A stretch of DNA of 50,988 nt, from positions 1-50,988 of the IMG/VR virus record IMGVR_UViG_3300023442_000003; one strand, 5' to 3'. Source of the stretch: a virus (taxonomy: Duplodnaviria; Caudoviricetes). The notes under the pieces are model-generated. The model worked only from the letters and a program-made list of their open reading frames with translations, was not told the origin of the DNA and searched no databases. The position numbers were made by a program, and so were the translations under genes. The number at the start of each line of letters is the position of its first letter. The stretch's first letter is position 1. This document shows, piece after piece, positions 18,925 through 27,462 of this stretch.

Positions 18925-19920
18925 ATGCGTGCAAGACTTTTGGCAGATACACTGGCACAGCTGGTGCGGCTGGGCCGCACCACGGTGTTGGAAGGCCCCC
19001 CCGGTGGTGGCAAGACGTCCATCGTCCACCAAGTCGGCGAACGGCTGGGGTTGCCGGTTATCGAGCGGCACCTGCCCACCATGCTGGTGGAGGATTTTGG
19101 GGTACCCTATCCGACAGACAGCGGGTTCGAATACCGGCTGCCGGACTGGTTCCCCCGAAAGGGTAAGGCCGGGACGGAGCAAGGCGGCATTCTGCTGTTC
19201 GACGACCGCAATCAGGCCGGACCGGACTTGCAGAAGGTGCTGGCGAACATCTGTCAGGCCCGAACACTGCACGGCGCTCCGCTGGCCGATGGCTGGGTGG
19301 TACTCAGCACGGGGAACCGGCAGAAGGATCGGGCCGGGGCCAACAGGGTGCTCAGCCACCTTCGGAACCGGGAGACCGTGCTGGATTTGGAGACGCACCT
19401 TGACGACAGCACGGCGTGGATGGTCTCCCATGGGGTGAAGTCCGAGGTGGTAGCGTTTCTGCGCTTCCGCCCTGCGTTGCTGCATGACTTTGACCCGCAG
19501 CGGGATCAGAACCCGACCCCTCGGAGTTGGGTGGAGGGGGTGTCTGCTGTCATGGGCGAAGTGCCATCCGAGGCGGAGTATGAAGTATACTCCGGCGCCG
19601 TCGGTGAGGGCGCGGCAGCAGAGTTTGTCGGCTTTCTCAGGGTATACCGGACAATGCCCGACCCGGACGACATTCTCCGTGGCGTGGACCCCAACCCCGT
19701 GCCGACCGACCCGGCTACCTGCTATGCTCTGACCGGGGCACTGGCCTACCGGGTTACCCCGGATACGTTTTACAGCATGGTCAACTACCTCGAAGGGATG
19801 CCCCCGGAGTTCGGGGTGCTGGCCGTAACCATGGCTGTTCGGAATGACCCGAGCATTGCCAGTGGCCAGACATCGGGGTTTGCCGCATGGGCAGCGGCCA
19901 ATAGCGATGTACTGTTCTGA
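18925..19920 (+). CDS. MoxR-like AAA+ ATPase
   Basis: Walker A GPPGGGKT, Walker B LLFDD, STGN sensor, L.NR and PTPRSW motifs; AAGGAG RBS before ATG 18925. Confidence 0.88.
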   Translation: MRARLLADTLAQLVRLGRTTVLEGPPGGGKTSIVHQVGERLGLPVIERHLPTMLVEDFGVPYPTDSGFEYRLPDWFPRKGKAGTEQGGILLFDDRNQAGPDLQKVLANICQARTLHGAPLADGWVVLSTGNRQKDRAGANRVLSHLRNRETVLDLETHLDDSTAWMVSHGVKSEVVAFLRFRPALLHDFDPQRDQNPTPRSWVEGVSAVMGEVPSEAEYEVYSGAVGEGAAAEFVGFLRVYRTMPDPDDILRGVDPNPVPTDPATCYALTGALAYRVTPDTFYSMVNYLEGMPPEFGVLAVTMAVRNDPSIASGQTSGFAAWAAANSDVLF

Positions 19921-20125
19921 ACTGCACTGGCCAGCCGTTGTCAGCGGCCACATCGGTCGCTGGCTACTACCCAAGGGCGACGGCTCCGGTGGCGGTTACT
20001 ACGTAGGCTATGGCTATCGCTACAACCATTACCGCCGAGGTGATGGCTCCCGCGACGGCTACCACTATGGCTTCGGCGATGGCTATGCTTCCGGTGACGG
20101 TGAAGGCATCGGTTTCGCCCCATGA
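19907..20125 (+). CDS. Gly/Tyr-rich repeat-family peptide 4
   Basis: MYCSELHWPAVVSGHIGRWLLPKG...GIGFAP*. Confidence 0.6.
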   Translation: MYCSELHWPAVVSGHIGRWLLPKGDGSGGGYYVGYGYRYNHYRRGDGSRDGYHYGFGDGYASGDGEGIGFAP

Positions 20126-20150
20126 ATACCAACCAACCAAGGAGAGAGAC

Positions 20151-21005
20151 ATGACAAGGATTGCTGACAAGGCGCTGCTGGTGCAGCTCAACATCAGCCA
20201 GTGGACGGCACGGAAATACGACCGCCGGGCTACGGCGGACGTGGCGCATACCAACGGCGTCGCTATCGACGTCGGGCGGTACAACAAGAACCTGCTGCCG
20301 GTGGGCAACATGCTCAAGGACGTTGCCAAGCTGGCGACGAGGGTGCGCACGGCGTTCTATGCCAACACCTTGCCGTGGGGTATGGAAGGGACGCAGTTGT
20401 TGCCAACCGACAACTTCCTCGCATTTCGGGATCGGTTCCAGAAGGACAAGGACGATTGGCAGCAGCTTGTCAGCCGCTTCGTCGATGCCTACCCGCAGCT
20501 TCGGGCCGATGCCGAAACCTGTCTGGGGCCGCTCTACAATGCCGAGGACTACCCCCGACCCGAAACCATCGGGCGGAAATTCAGGATGGAGCTGGCGGTG
20601 TACCCACTGCCGACCAACGATTTCCGGGTACAATTGGCCGATGAGGAACTCCAACGTATCCAGAAAGACGTTGAGGATCGCACCGAAGCGGCCAGCAAGG
20701 CCGCGATGGAAGCCCTGTGGAAACGCCTCTACGACAAGGTGGCGCATCTGGCCGACAAACTGGCTGCCCCGGATGCCGTGTTCCGCGATACCACGGTTAC
20801 GGGGTTGGAGGAACTGCTGGACCTCATCCCCCGGCTCAACGTGACCAACGACCAACAGCTTGAGGCACTGCGCCAGCAGGCTGTTGCGAAGCTCACGGCC
20901 CATGAGCCGGACCAGCTGCGGCACAACCCCGGTGTGCGCAAGGCGGCCAGCGATGCTGCTGCCGATGTTCTCGCCAAGATGGGAGCATTCATGGGTGCCG
21001 CGTGA
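20151..21005 (+). CDS. Hypothetical protein, DUF3150-like
   Basis: LV.L.IS.W..RK.D, TLPW...G..LL and YN..DYP motifs; helical protein of the type commonly found between phage AAA and VWA genes. Confidence 0.6.
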   Translation: MTRIADKALLVQLNISQWTARKYDRRATADVAHTNGVAIDVGRYNKNLLPVGNMLKDVAKLATRVRTAFYANTLPWGMEGTQLLPTDNFLAFRDRFQKDKDDWQQLVSRFVDAYPQLRADAETCLGPLYNAEDYPRPETIGRKFRMELAVYPLPTNDFRVQLADEELQRIQKDVEDRTEAASKAAMEALWKRLYDKVAHLADKLAAPDAVFRDTTVTGLEELLDLIPRLNVTNDQQLEALRQQAVAKLTAHEPDQLRHNPGVRKAASDAAADVLAKMGAFMGAA

Positions 21006-21180
21006 ACTGCACTGGCCGGCCATTGTCAGCGGCCACGTTGGCCGTTGGTCAATACCCAAGAGCGGCTACCGCTTTGGCGGCGGCCTCCACTACACTGGCT
21101 TTGGCTATGGCTACGGCTGTGGGTACAGCGGCTCTGGCTATGGCTACAATCGCGGTAGTAGCCTCAGCTTTGCCCCATGA
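20995..21180 (+). CDS. Gly/Tyr-rich repeat-family peptide 5
   Basis: GTG start preceded by GGGAG; (M)PRELHWPAIVSGHVGRWSIPKS...SLSFAP*. Confidence 0.6.
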   Translation: MPRELHWPAIVSGHVGRWSIPKSGYRFGGGLHYTGFGYGYGCGYSGSGYGYNRGSSLSFAP

Positions 21181-21206
21181 ACACCAATCAACCAAGGAGA
21201 GAGAAT

Positions 21207-22313
21207 ATGACCAAGGAAATCGAGACGAAGATCAGCCGGGCGAAAGCCCGGCTTATCACCAAGCACCCGTTCTTCGGTGCCATCGCATTGCGGCTGGAGA
21301 CGCGGATCACCGACACAGTGCCGACGGCAGGGACGGACGGCAAGACGATCATGTATAACCCGGAGTTCGTGGCTGACCTGACGGACGCCCAGACAGTGTT
21401 CCTCGTAGCCCATGAATGCGGGCATCCCATGCTGGAGCATCTGCACAGGATGAAGGGCCGGGATGCTACCCGGTGGAACAAGGCGGCGGATTTTGTCATC
21501 AACCAGCTGCTGACCGACGAAGGCATCGGGGAGTTCATCCCCGGCGGGTGTCTGGACAAGGCGCTCTACCAGCGTGGCAAGACCGCCGAGGGCATCTATG
21601 CCCTGCTGGAGAGCGAGGCCGAAGGCGGCGGGGTCGGCGGCACCGGGGCCGATCTGATGGAGCCGCAAGGGTCCGAGGCAGAGCAGGCGCAACAGGCTGC
21701 CGAGTGGCGGGTTGCCGTGGCACAGGCTGCACAGGCCGCACGCATGGCTGGCAAGCTGAGTGCTGGCTTGCAACGGGTTGTCGGGGAAGCTCTGCAGCCC
21801 AAGGTGCCGTGGCGCGATGTGCTGGCTCAGTTTGTCTGCAAGGCACGGACGAATGAGCGCAGCTTTGCGCGGCCCAACCGGCGGTTCCTGTCACAGGGGT
21901 TGTATCTGCCCAGCGTGACAGGGGAAGCCTTGGGCGAGATAGTGTTCGCCATTGACTGCTCGGGGTCGGTTGGCCCCAAGGAACTGGATCAGTTTGCCGC
22001 GGAGATGCAGGTGGTACACGAGGATATGCAACCGGCGAAGCTGCATGTGCTGTATTTCGATACCAAGGTTTGCCACAGCGACGTGTTCGAGCCTGACGAC
22101 ACGTTGATGGTTGAGCCGCATGGCGGCGGCGGGACACGGTTCAGCCCAGTGTTCCGACATATCGACGAGCATGGTCTTGAGCCGGTGGCAACGGTGTTCC
22201 TGACGGACCTGTATTGCAGCGACTTCGGGGGTGCGCCGGACTACCCGGTGCTGTGGGTAACGAACGGCGCAGTGGATGCGCCGTTCGGCGATGTAACCAA
22301 GATGGAGGCTTAA
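21207..22313 (+). CDS. Metallopeptidase-VWA protein (DUF2201-like)
   Basis: PTAGTDG and HECGH (HExxH) in the N-terminal domain; MIDAS DCSGS, GGGGT.F and FLTD in the C-terminal domain. Confidence 0.88.
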   Translation: MTKEIETKISRAKARLITKHPFFGAIALRLETRITDTVPTAGTDGKTIMYNPEFVADLTDAQTVFLVAHECGHPMLEHLHRMKGRDATRWNKAADFVINQLLTDEGIGEFIPGGCLDKALYQRGKTAEGIYALLESEAEGGGVGGTGADLMEPQGSEAEQAQQAAEWRVAVAQAAQAARMAGKLSAGLQRVVGEALQPKVPWRDVLAQFVCKARTNERSFARPNRRFLSQGLYLPSVTGEALGEIVFAIDCSGSVGPKELDQFAAEMQVVHEDMQPAKLHVLYFDTKVCHSDVFEPDDTLMVEPHGGGGTRFSPVFRHIDEHGLEPVATVFLTDLYCSDFGGAPDYPVLWVTNGAVDAPFGDVTKMEA

Positions 22314-22314
22314 C

Positions 22315-22515
22315 ATGGACCTGACAACGGTATTTCTGATTGGCACAACAGGTGGTGTCGCGGCGCTGCTCGTGTCGCTCTACCTCGATGGCCGCGAGCT
22401 GCGCCGCAGGGTGGACTACTTGGAGCATGTCATCCGCAGCGCCGCCCGTGGGGAAGTCGATCTGCGGATGGTCAACGGGGAGGTACTGGCCAATGCCACA
22501 CGCATATATAATTGA
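22315..22515 (+). CDS. Small membrane protein
   Basis: GGAGG RBS; N-terminal hydrophobic segment. Confidence 0.55.
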   Translation: MDLTTVFLIGTTGGVAALLVSLYLDGRELRRRVDYLEHVIRSAARGEVDLRMVNGEVLANATRIYN

Positions 22516-22996
22516 CGAGGCGGTGCGCCGCTTGCGGCGTATCGGCATGGACGTGGACCCTGACGATATTCGGTGGAGCGGGTTCTATAGCCAAGGTGAC
22601 GGGCTGAGCTTTACGGGGTACATGTGGAGCTTTGCTCGGCTGTTCGTCGCGAGTGGCTGTGCGAAGGACAACTTCCCCATGACGTTCAAGCTGCTGTCCG
22701 GCTTTTCCGGGGAGCTGGAGTTCGTCATGAGGCGGTGGCCGGGCGGTCCCTATGTGCACGACCTGACAGTATTCGGAGACATGACCTACGCAGAGGGCTT
22801 CTACGACATGGCCATGGGTTACGACGATGTGCCGGTGCTGTTCGACATTCTGCTGGCCATGGATGAGGCCCTGTCTGACGAGGTGCAGGAGCTGGAGGAA
22901 ATATTCACCGACTATCTACGCGGCATCATGCGCGAAATCTACCGCCAACTGGAGGACTTCTACGATGAATACGAGCAAGAAACCGGAGCTGCTTGA
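22493..22996 (+). CDS. Hypothetical acidic protein
   Basis: GGAGGT RBS before ATG 22493. The I.WSGF.SQGDG.SF.G motif occurs, from memory, in a phage/MGE family often labelled antitoxin-like; function is not established. Confidence 0.6.
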   Translation: MPHAYIIDEAVRRLRRIGMDVDPDDIRWSGFYSQGDGLSFTGYMWSFARLFVASGCAKDNFPMTFKLLSGFSGELEFVMRRWPGGPYVHDLTVFGDMTYAEGFYDMAMGYDDVPVLFDILLAMDEALSDEVQELEEIFTDYLRGIMREIYRQLEDFYDEYEQETGAA

Positions 22997-23180
22997 CACC
23001 CATTGTATCCGCGAGGCAGACGATTTTTTCACCCTCTCCGCAGACATTGACCAAGCCCTGCTGGAGATACCGCAAAGCCCGGAGGACTCGGCTTATGCAC
23101 TTGGCATCGCGGAACTGCGAGAAATGGCACGGTGGTGCGACGCCGCAGCGAACTATCTGGAGGACCAAAGCAATGACTGA
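22965..23180 (+). CDS. Hypothetical protein
   Basis: GGAGG RBS; fills the gap between coupled genes. Confidence 0.5.
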   Translation: MNTSKKPELLDTHCIREADDFFTLSADIDQALLEIPQSPEDSAYALGIAELREMARWCDAAANYLEDQSND

Positions 23181-23832
23181 CTTTTCCCTGAGAACCGACT
23201 ACCTCATGGCGGCGGCGGCGTGCATGAGTACCGATGGCACGCGGTATTACCTGAACGGCGTCCATGTCGAGCCGCACAAGGACGGCGGCGTGTTCATGGT
23301 TGCGACCGACGGGGGTGTCATGGCCATTCTGTATGACAGGTATGGATTGGCGCCGCGCGGGGCCATTTTGTCAATGGACTTCAAGGACAAGGGGCTGAAA
23401 AGTACCGCACGCGAAAGCGGTGTTCGGCGGCTCATGTTCAATGACCCCGGACTGGACGCACTGTTGGCTGGCATCCCGGCAGGGGTCATACACAACTGCC
23501 CGGAATATGAACCGTCAATGGCTGACGGGACCGGCGTTGACGGGTATGTGACCGTGCGGGAGGTAGACGGGACGTTCCCGCCGTTCCGCCGGGTGATCCC
23601 CAAAGGCGATGCGGTGGGGCCGAACGCGCCTTACGGGTGGACCCTGCCATTGCTGGATCGGCTGAACAAGGCTGGGCGGATTCTCGGGCAGCGCCGCAGC
23701 GCCGCGACGTTCTACCAGACGGCACCGGGAGACCCGGCGCTTGTCACGATTACCGGGTGTGAGGATGCGGCGTTCGTTGTCATGCCGTGCCGCGCCGACA
23801 GCGCAGGCAAACCGGAGTGGCTCAATGGGTGA
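23173..23832 (+). CDS. DNA polymerase III beta-clamp-like protein (partial fold)
   Basis: TRYYLNGV, VATDG and DGTFPPFRRVIP motifs of the DnaN central domain; about 219 aa. Confidence 0.72.
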   Translation: MTDFSLRTDYLMAAAACMSTDGTRYYLNGVHVEPHKDGGVFMVATDGGVMAILYDRYGLAPRGAILSMDFKDKGLKSTARESGVRRLMFNDPGLDALLAGIPAGVIHNCPEYEPSMADGTGVDGYVTVREVDGTFPPFRRVIPKGDAVGPNAPYGWTLPLLDRLNKAGRILGQRRSAATFYQTAPGDPALVTITGCEDAAFVVMPCRADSAGKPEWLNG

Positions 23833-24568
23833 GATAGCGTTCTATCGGTATGGGCATGTGGCCGACTTCATGGTTGGCCGCGATACCCGGCCCTACATGT
23901 CTTGGGGCCGGGTTGACCGGCTTGGGCGTGGCGAGGGTTTCCGCTTGACAGTGCGTCGGAAGCCTGACCCCGCGCTGGTGTTGCGCTGGACGCCGGACAA
24001 CATACTGACGTTTGAGCCGGGGCAGGTGTTGCATGGGGCACCCAACAGCATAGGGATCAGGAGCTGGGGGCTGGCCATATGGCCAACGCGATGCGCCACC
24101 GCGCCATTCTCTGTCTCTTACGTGCGTGTCGTAGACACCGAGCGAAAGCACTTGCCGGGGTACTGGGTCTACCCCGGCTTGGCGCTCGACATGGCGACCG
24201 GGAAGGCCGTCAATCCCCGGCCTGAACCCCGGTACGAGGAAGTCCCTGAACGGCGGACAGCGTGGCAGGAGAAGGTGCGGCAATGGGCCACTGTCACCCG
24301 CGCCGCCATCGTCGTTGGCGGCGTACAGGAACCGCCAACGGCTTCGTTCACGATACCAGCCGCAAAAGCAGTTGACATACTTTACACATCCATTGTACGC
24401 TGTGAGAATACCGATGCGACATGGGGACTTCTGGTGGCTACGGCGCGGCTCAGATACAAGCCGCTCGACCCGGCAACAGTGCTGGAGCTGCTGGATACCC
24501 ACAAAGTGGCACTGCTCGTCCGGGCCGGTATTTACAGGGAGGTCTACAATGAAACAGCCGGCGCGTAA
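23825..24568 (+). CDS. Hypothetical protein
   Basis: GGAG RBS; overlaps both neighbours in the operon. Confidence 0.6.
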   Translation: MGEIAFYRYGHVADFMVGRDTRPYMSWGRVDRLGRGEGFRLTVRRKPDPALVLRWTPDNILTFEPGQVLHGAPNSIGIRSWGLAIWPTRCATAPFSVSYVRVVDTERKHLPGYWVYPGLALDMATGKAVNPRPEPRYEEVPERRTAWQEKVRQWATVTRAAIVVGGVQEPPTASFTIPAAKAVDILYTSIVRCENTDATWGLLVATARLRYKPLDPATVLELLDTHKVALLVRAGIYREVYNETAGA

Positions 24569-24788
24569 ATCACAGGTCGGCGGGGCGCACTATCTGCACA
24601 TGGCCATACAGCCATGGGAGGCGCTGGAGGCATGGCTTACCCCCGAGGAACTGCGGGGGTATCACAAAGGGGTGGTGGTTGCGTATCTGGCCCGGGAGCG
24701 GGCCAAGGGCGGCGATGTGGACATACAGAAGGCGGCGCACCACCTTGAGGCGCTGCTGGAAATAATCTCGGAAGAAGGGAGTGCCTGA
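24549..24788 (+). CDS. DUF3310-family protein (T7 gp1.7-like nucleotide kinase family)
   Basis: QVGG.HY....IQPWE...Y..R...KGG..DI.KA.H.L signature. Confidence 0.8.
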   Translation: MKQPARKSQVGGAHYLHMAIQPWEALEAWLTPEELRGYHKGVVVAYLARERAKGGDVDIQKAAHHLEALLEIISEEGSA

Positions 24789-25345
24789 TGGTACAGATAA
24801 TGATTGACTTGGAGACAATGGGGACCGGGCCGGACGCGCCCATTGTTGCCATCGGGGCAGTGGCGTTCTCCCTGCCCGCGCTGCGCGTATGGGCCACCGG
24901 CCCAGCGGATGGGTTCTATGCCAGCGTGGACCTTGGTTCTGCCATGGCAAGCGGGGGCATCCCGACTGCCGGCACTATCAAGTGGTGGTTGCAGCAGGAC
25001 GACGCAGCGCAGGAGGCCCTGTTTCGGGGTGTCGTGCCAGTGCGTAAAGCACTGGAGCACTTTGACGAGTTCATTGGCCGCACGGTTCGAAAGCACGGTG
25101 TGGTTGAGGGTGTTTGGGGGAACGGGGCGGCGTTCGACAACGTGATCCTGCGCCGAACCTATGAGCGTGCCGGGATGGAAGCCCCGTGGAAGTTCTACCA
25201 AGACCGCTGTTACCGAACGGTTCTGGCCATGGCGAGAGAGCGCGACGTTCTGATAGACCCCATGCCGGAGACAGCGACGAAGCATAATGCGTTTGACGAC
25301 GCTCTGTATCAGGCGCGAACGCTGGTTGCCATCCATGCCAGATGA
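24788..25345 (+). CDS. DEDDh 3'-5' exonuclease (DUF5051 / DexA-like)
   Basis: MIDLET, WGNGAAFD.VIL, RCYRT and HNAFDDA motifs. Confidence 0.88.
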   Translation: MVQIMIDLETMGTGPDAPIVAIGAVAFSLPALRVWATGPADGFYASVDLGSAMASGGIPTAGTIKWWLQQDDAAQEALFRGVVPVRKALEHFDEFIGRTVRKHGVVEGVWGNGAAFDNVILRRTYERAGMEAPWKFYQDRCYRTVLAMARERDVLIDPMPETATKHNAFDDALYQARTLVAIHAR

Positions 25346-27197
25346 CCGGCTGATTACCCTCGACTTCGAGACCTATTGGGACAGCGAGTACTCGCTGTCC
25401 CGGATGACTACGGAAGCGTACATCCGGGATGATCGGTTCGAAGTGATCGGCGTCGGGGTACAGCACGGCAATCAGGCCGCCGAGTGGTATAGCGGCCCGG
25501 ACGTGGCAGACTTCCTGCACCAGACAGACTACCGCGACAAGATGGTGCTATGCCACAACACGCTGTTCGATGGGGCCATATTGTCGTGGTGCTATGACAT
25601 CCGCCCGAAACTGTGGCTGGATACGCTGTCCATGGCGCGTCCCAAGTGGCAGAGTACCAGCCGCTTGTCGCTGGCGGCTTTGGCCGGGCTGTTCAAACTC
25701 GGGGTCAAGGGCGACGAGGTGCTGCGCACGCAGGGCAAACGCCGCGCTGATTTCTCTGCTGCTGACCTGCAACGGCTGGGTACATACTGTCTGGGCGACG
25801 TGGGCTTGACGCACAAGCTGTTCAACGTCCTCGTGCAGGGCTTCCCGGCGCGTGAGTTGCTGGTAATCGACCAGACGCTGCGCATGTTTACCGAGCCTCA
25901 GTTTGTGCTGGACCGGACTGTTCTCGCCCAGCATCTGTTTGACGAGCAAGCCCGCAAGCAACGTCTGCTGGATGCGCTGGGGGGCGACAAGATGCGCGCG
26001 GTCCTATCGTCCAGCGCCAAGCTGGCGGCGCTGTTGAAAGCGCTGGGGGCCACGGTGCCCATGAAAACCAGCCCGGCGACGGGCAAGCCGACTTTCGCTT
26101 TCGCCAAGACCGACACTGCGTTCACTGCCATGCGCGAACACCCCAACCCAGCCGTGCGGGCGGTGGTGGAGGCGCGCTTGGGCACCAAGTCATCCATCGA
26201 AGAAACGCGCACAAAATCGTTTCTGGATATAGCCGCGCGGGGGCCTTTGCCTATCGCCCTACGATATTTTGGCGCGCATACAGGCCGGTTTTCCGGCATG
26301 GAGAAAGTCAATCTGCAGAACCTGCCACGCGGCGGCGCCCTGCGGCGCGCGGTCGCAGCACCGAAAGGGCATGTTGTCGTGTCCTGCGACTCCAGCCAGA
26401 TAGAAGCCCGCATGATTGCATGGATGGCAGGACAGATCGACCTTTTGCGGGCCTTTGCCGGAGGGCGGGACGTATACTGCGAGTTTGCCACGGATGTCTA
26501 TGGGCGCAAGATCACCAAAAAGGACAAGACGGAAAGGCATGTGGGGAAAAGCTCCATACTCGGGCTTGGCTACGGGATGGGTGCCGAGCGGTTCGTGGAC
26601 GAATTGGCAACAGGATTCATCCCGGTCAACATGGAGCTGCACCGTGCCAAGCAGGTTGTTGACCTGTATCGCAACAAGTACCACGCCATCGCCTCACTGT
26701 GGCAGCGCGGGAACCGCACGCTGGCCCATATGGTGACGGGCGGCGCCGGTGAGTTCTGCCCGGCGGTAAGCTACGACACGTTGGGGTTTATCCTGCCCAA
26801 CGGGATGCGGATTGACTACCACCTGCTGCACAAGCGCTGGACAGGCTACGCATACAGCCGCGACCGGCGGGCTTTTCAGCAGGTAGCGCACTCTGATACG
26901 CCACTGGTGGATACGGACGACAAGTTGTGGACCAAGTTGTACGGTGCGAAATGCTGTGAAAACCTGACGCAGGCGTTGGCCCGTATCGTCGTGGCCGATC
27001 AGATGGTGGCCATCGGACGGCACTACCCCGTGGCATTGCAGGTGCACGACGAAGTAATATGCGTGGTGCCAGAGGCCGAGGCCGAGGCGTGCAAGGCGCT
27101 GATGCTGGAAGTCATGTCTACGACACCGGACTGGGCGGAAGGGCTGCCGGTCGCCTGCGAGGCCGGCATCGGGGCAAACTATGGAGAGGCAAAATGA
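25335..27197 (+). CDS. polA: Family A DNA polymerase with 3'-5' exonuclease domain
   Basis: Exonuclease DFET, HN..FD and YC..D; HTGRFSG, NLQN, motif A DSSQIEAR, motif B R..GK..ILGLGYG, motif C VHDE. Confidence 0.93.
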   Translation: MPDDRLITLDFETYWDSEYSLSRMTTEAYIRDDRFEVIGVGVQHGNQAAEWYSGPDVADFLHQTDYRDKMVLCHNTLFDGAILSWCYDIRPKLWLDTLSMARPKWQSTSRLSLAALAGLFKLGVKGDEVLRTQGKRRADFSAADLQRLGTYCLGDVGLTHKLFNVLVQGFPARELLVIDQTLRMFTEPQFVLDRTVLAQHLFDEQARKQRLLDALGGDKMRAVLSSSAKLAALLKALGATVPMKTSPATGKPTFAFAKTDTAFTAMREHPNPAVRAVVEARLGTKSSIEETRTKSFLDIAARGPLPIALRYFGAHTGRFSGMEKVNLQNLPRGGALRRAVAAPKGHVVVSCDSSQIEARMIAWMAGQIDLLRAFAGGRDVYCEFATDVYGRKITKKDKTERHVGKSSILGLGYGMGAERFVDELATGFIPVNMELHRAKQVVDLYRNKYHAIASLWQRGNRTLAHMVTGGAGEFCPAVSYDTLGFILPNGMRIDYHLLHKRWTGYAYSRDRRAFQQVAHSDTPLVDTDDKLWTKLYGAKCCENLTQALARIVVADQMVAIGRHYPVALQVHDEVICVVPEAEAEACKALMLEVMSTTPDWAEGLPVACEAGIGANYGEAK

Positions 27198-27454
27198 CGG
27201 TAGACTATACGCGCTTGGGTTTTGGGAAATACAAGCTACGGGTACAACACGGGGCATTGGACCAGATCGTTCATGAGCGGGCGGAGGCCCGGGGGTGGGT
27301 ATCTTACCCCGGCGTATGGAACCCCCATGTGCGCACATACTTATTTACCGACCCCGCACGGGTACTGCAGGTAGCCGCAGGGGCTATGCGTGGCGACCCC
27401 TGCATTTTTAGCGCCGCGCGGGAAGAAGTTGCACGGGCTATTGTCTGGTGCTGA
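27194..27454 (+). CDS. Hypothetical protein
   Basis: ATGA overlap with the polA stop; GAGG RBS. Confidence 0.55.
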   Translation: MTVDYTRLGFGKYKLRVQHGALDQIVHERAEARGWVSYPGVWNPHVRTYLFTDPARVLQVAAGAMRGDPCIFSAAREEVARAIVWC

Positions 27455-27462
27455 AAAGGGGC

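Larger units (their letters stand above)
17994..21209 (+). repeat. Five dispersed copies of a ~60-nt head repeat and four copies of a 34-38-nt tail repeat
   Basis: Head TGARCTGCACTGGCCRGCCRTTGTCAG...TACCC at 17995, 18170, 18689, 19918 and 21003. Tail GCCCCATGAAYACCAA...CCAAGGAGAGAGA..ATG at 18372, 18894, 20117 and 21172. Confidence 0.95.

Noticed and set aside
18169-19920. 583-aa ORF fusing Ala/Thr/Met-rich repeats to the ATPase
   Set aside because: The Ala/Thr text is the shifted reading of GGC-TAC codons. Synonymous changes favour the Gly/Tyr frame, and the ATPase has its own strong RBS and ATG at 18925.
17994-21209. Repeats as a CRISPR array or diversity-generating retroelement
   Set aside because: The spacing is gene-sized, the intervals are coding, variation is not adenine-specific, and no cas1/cas2 or reverse transcriptase is present.
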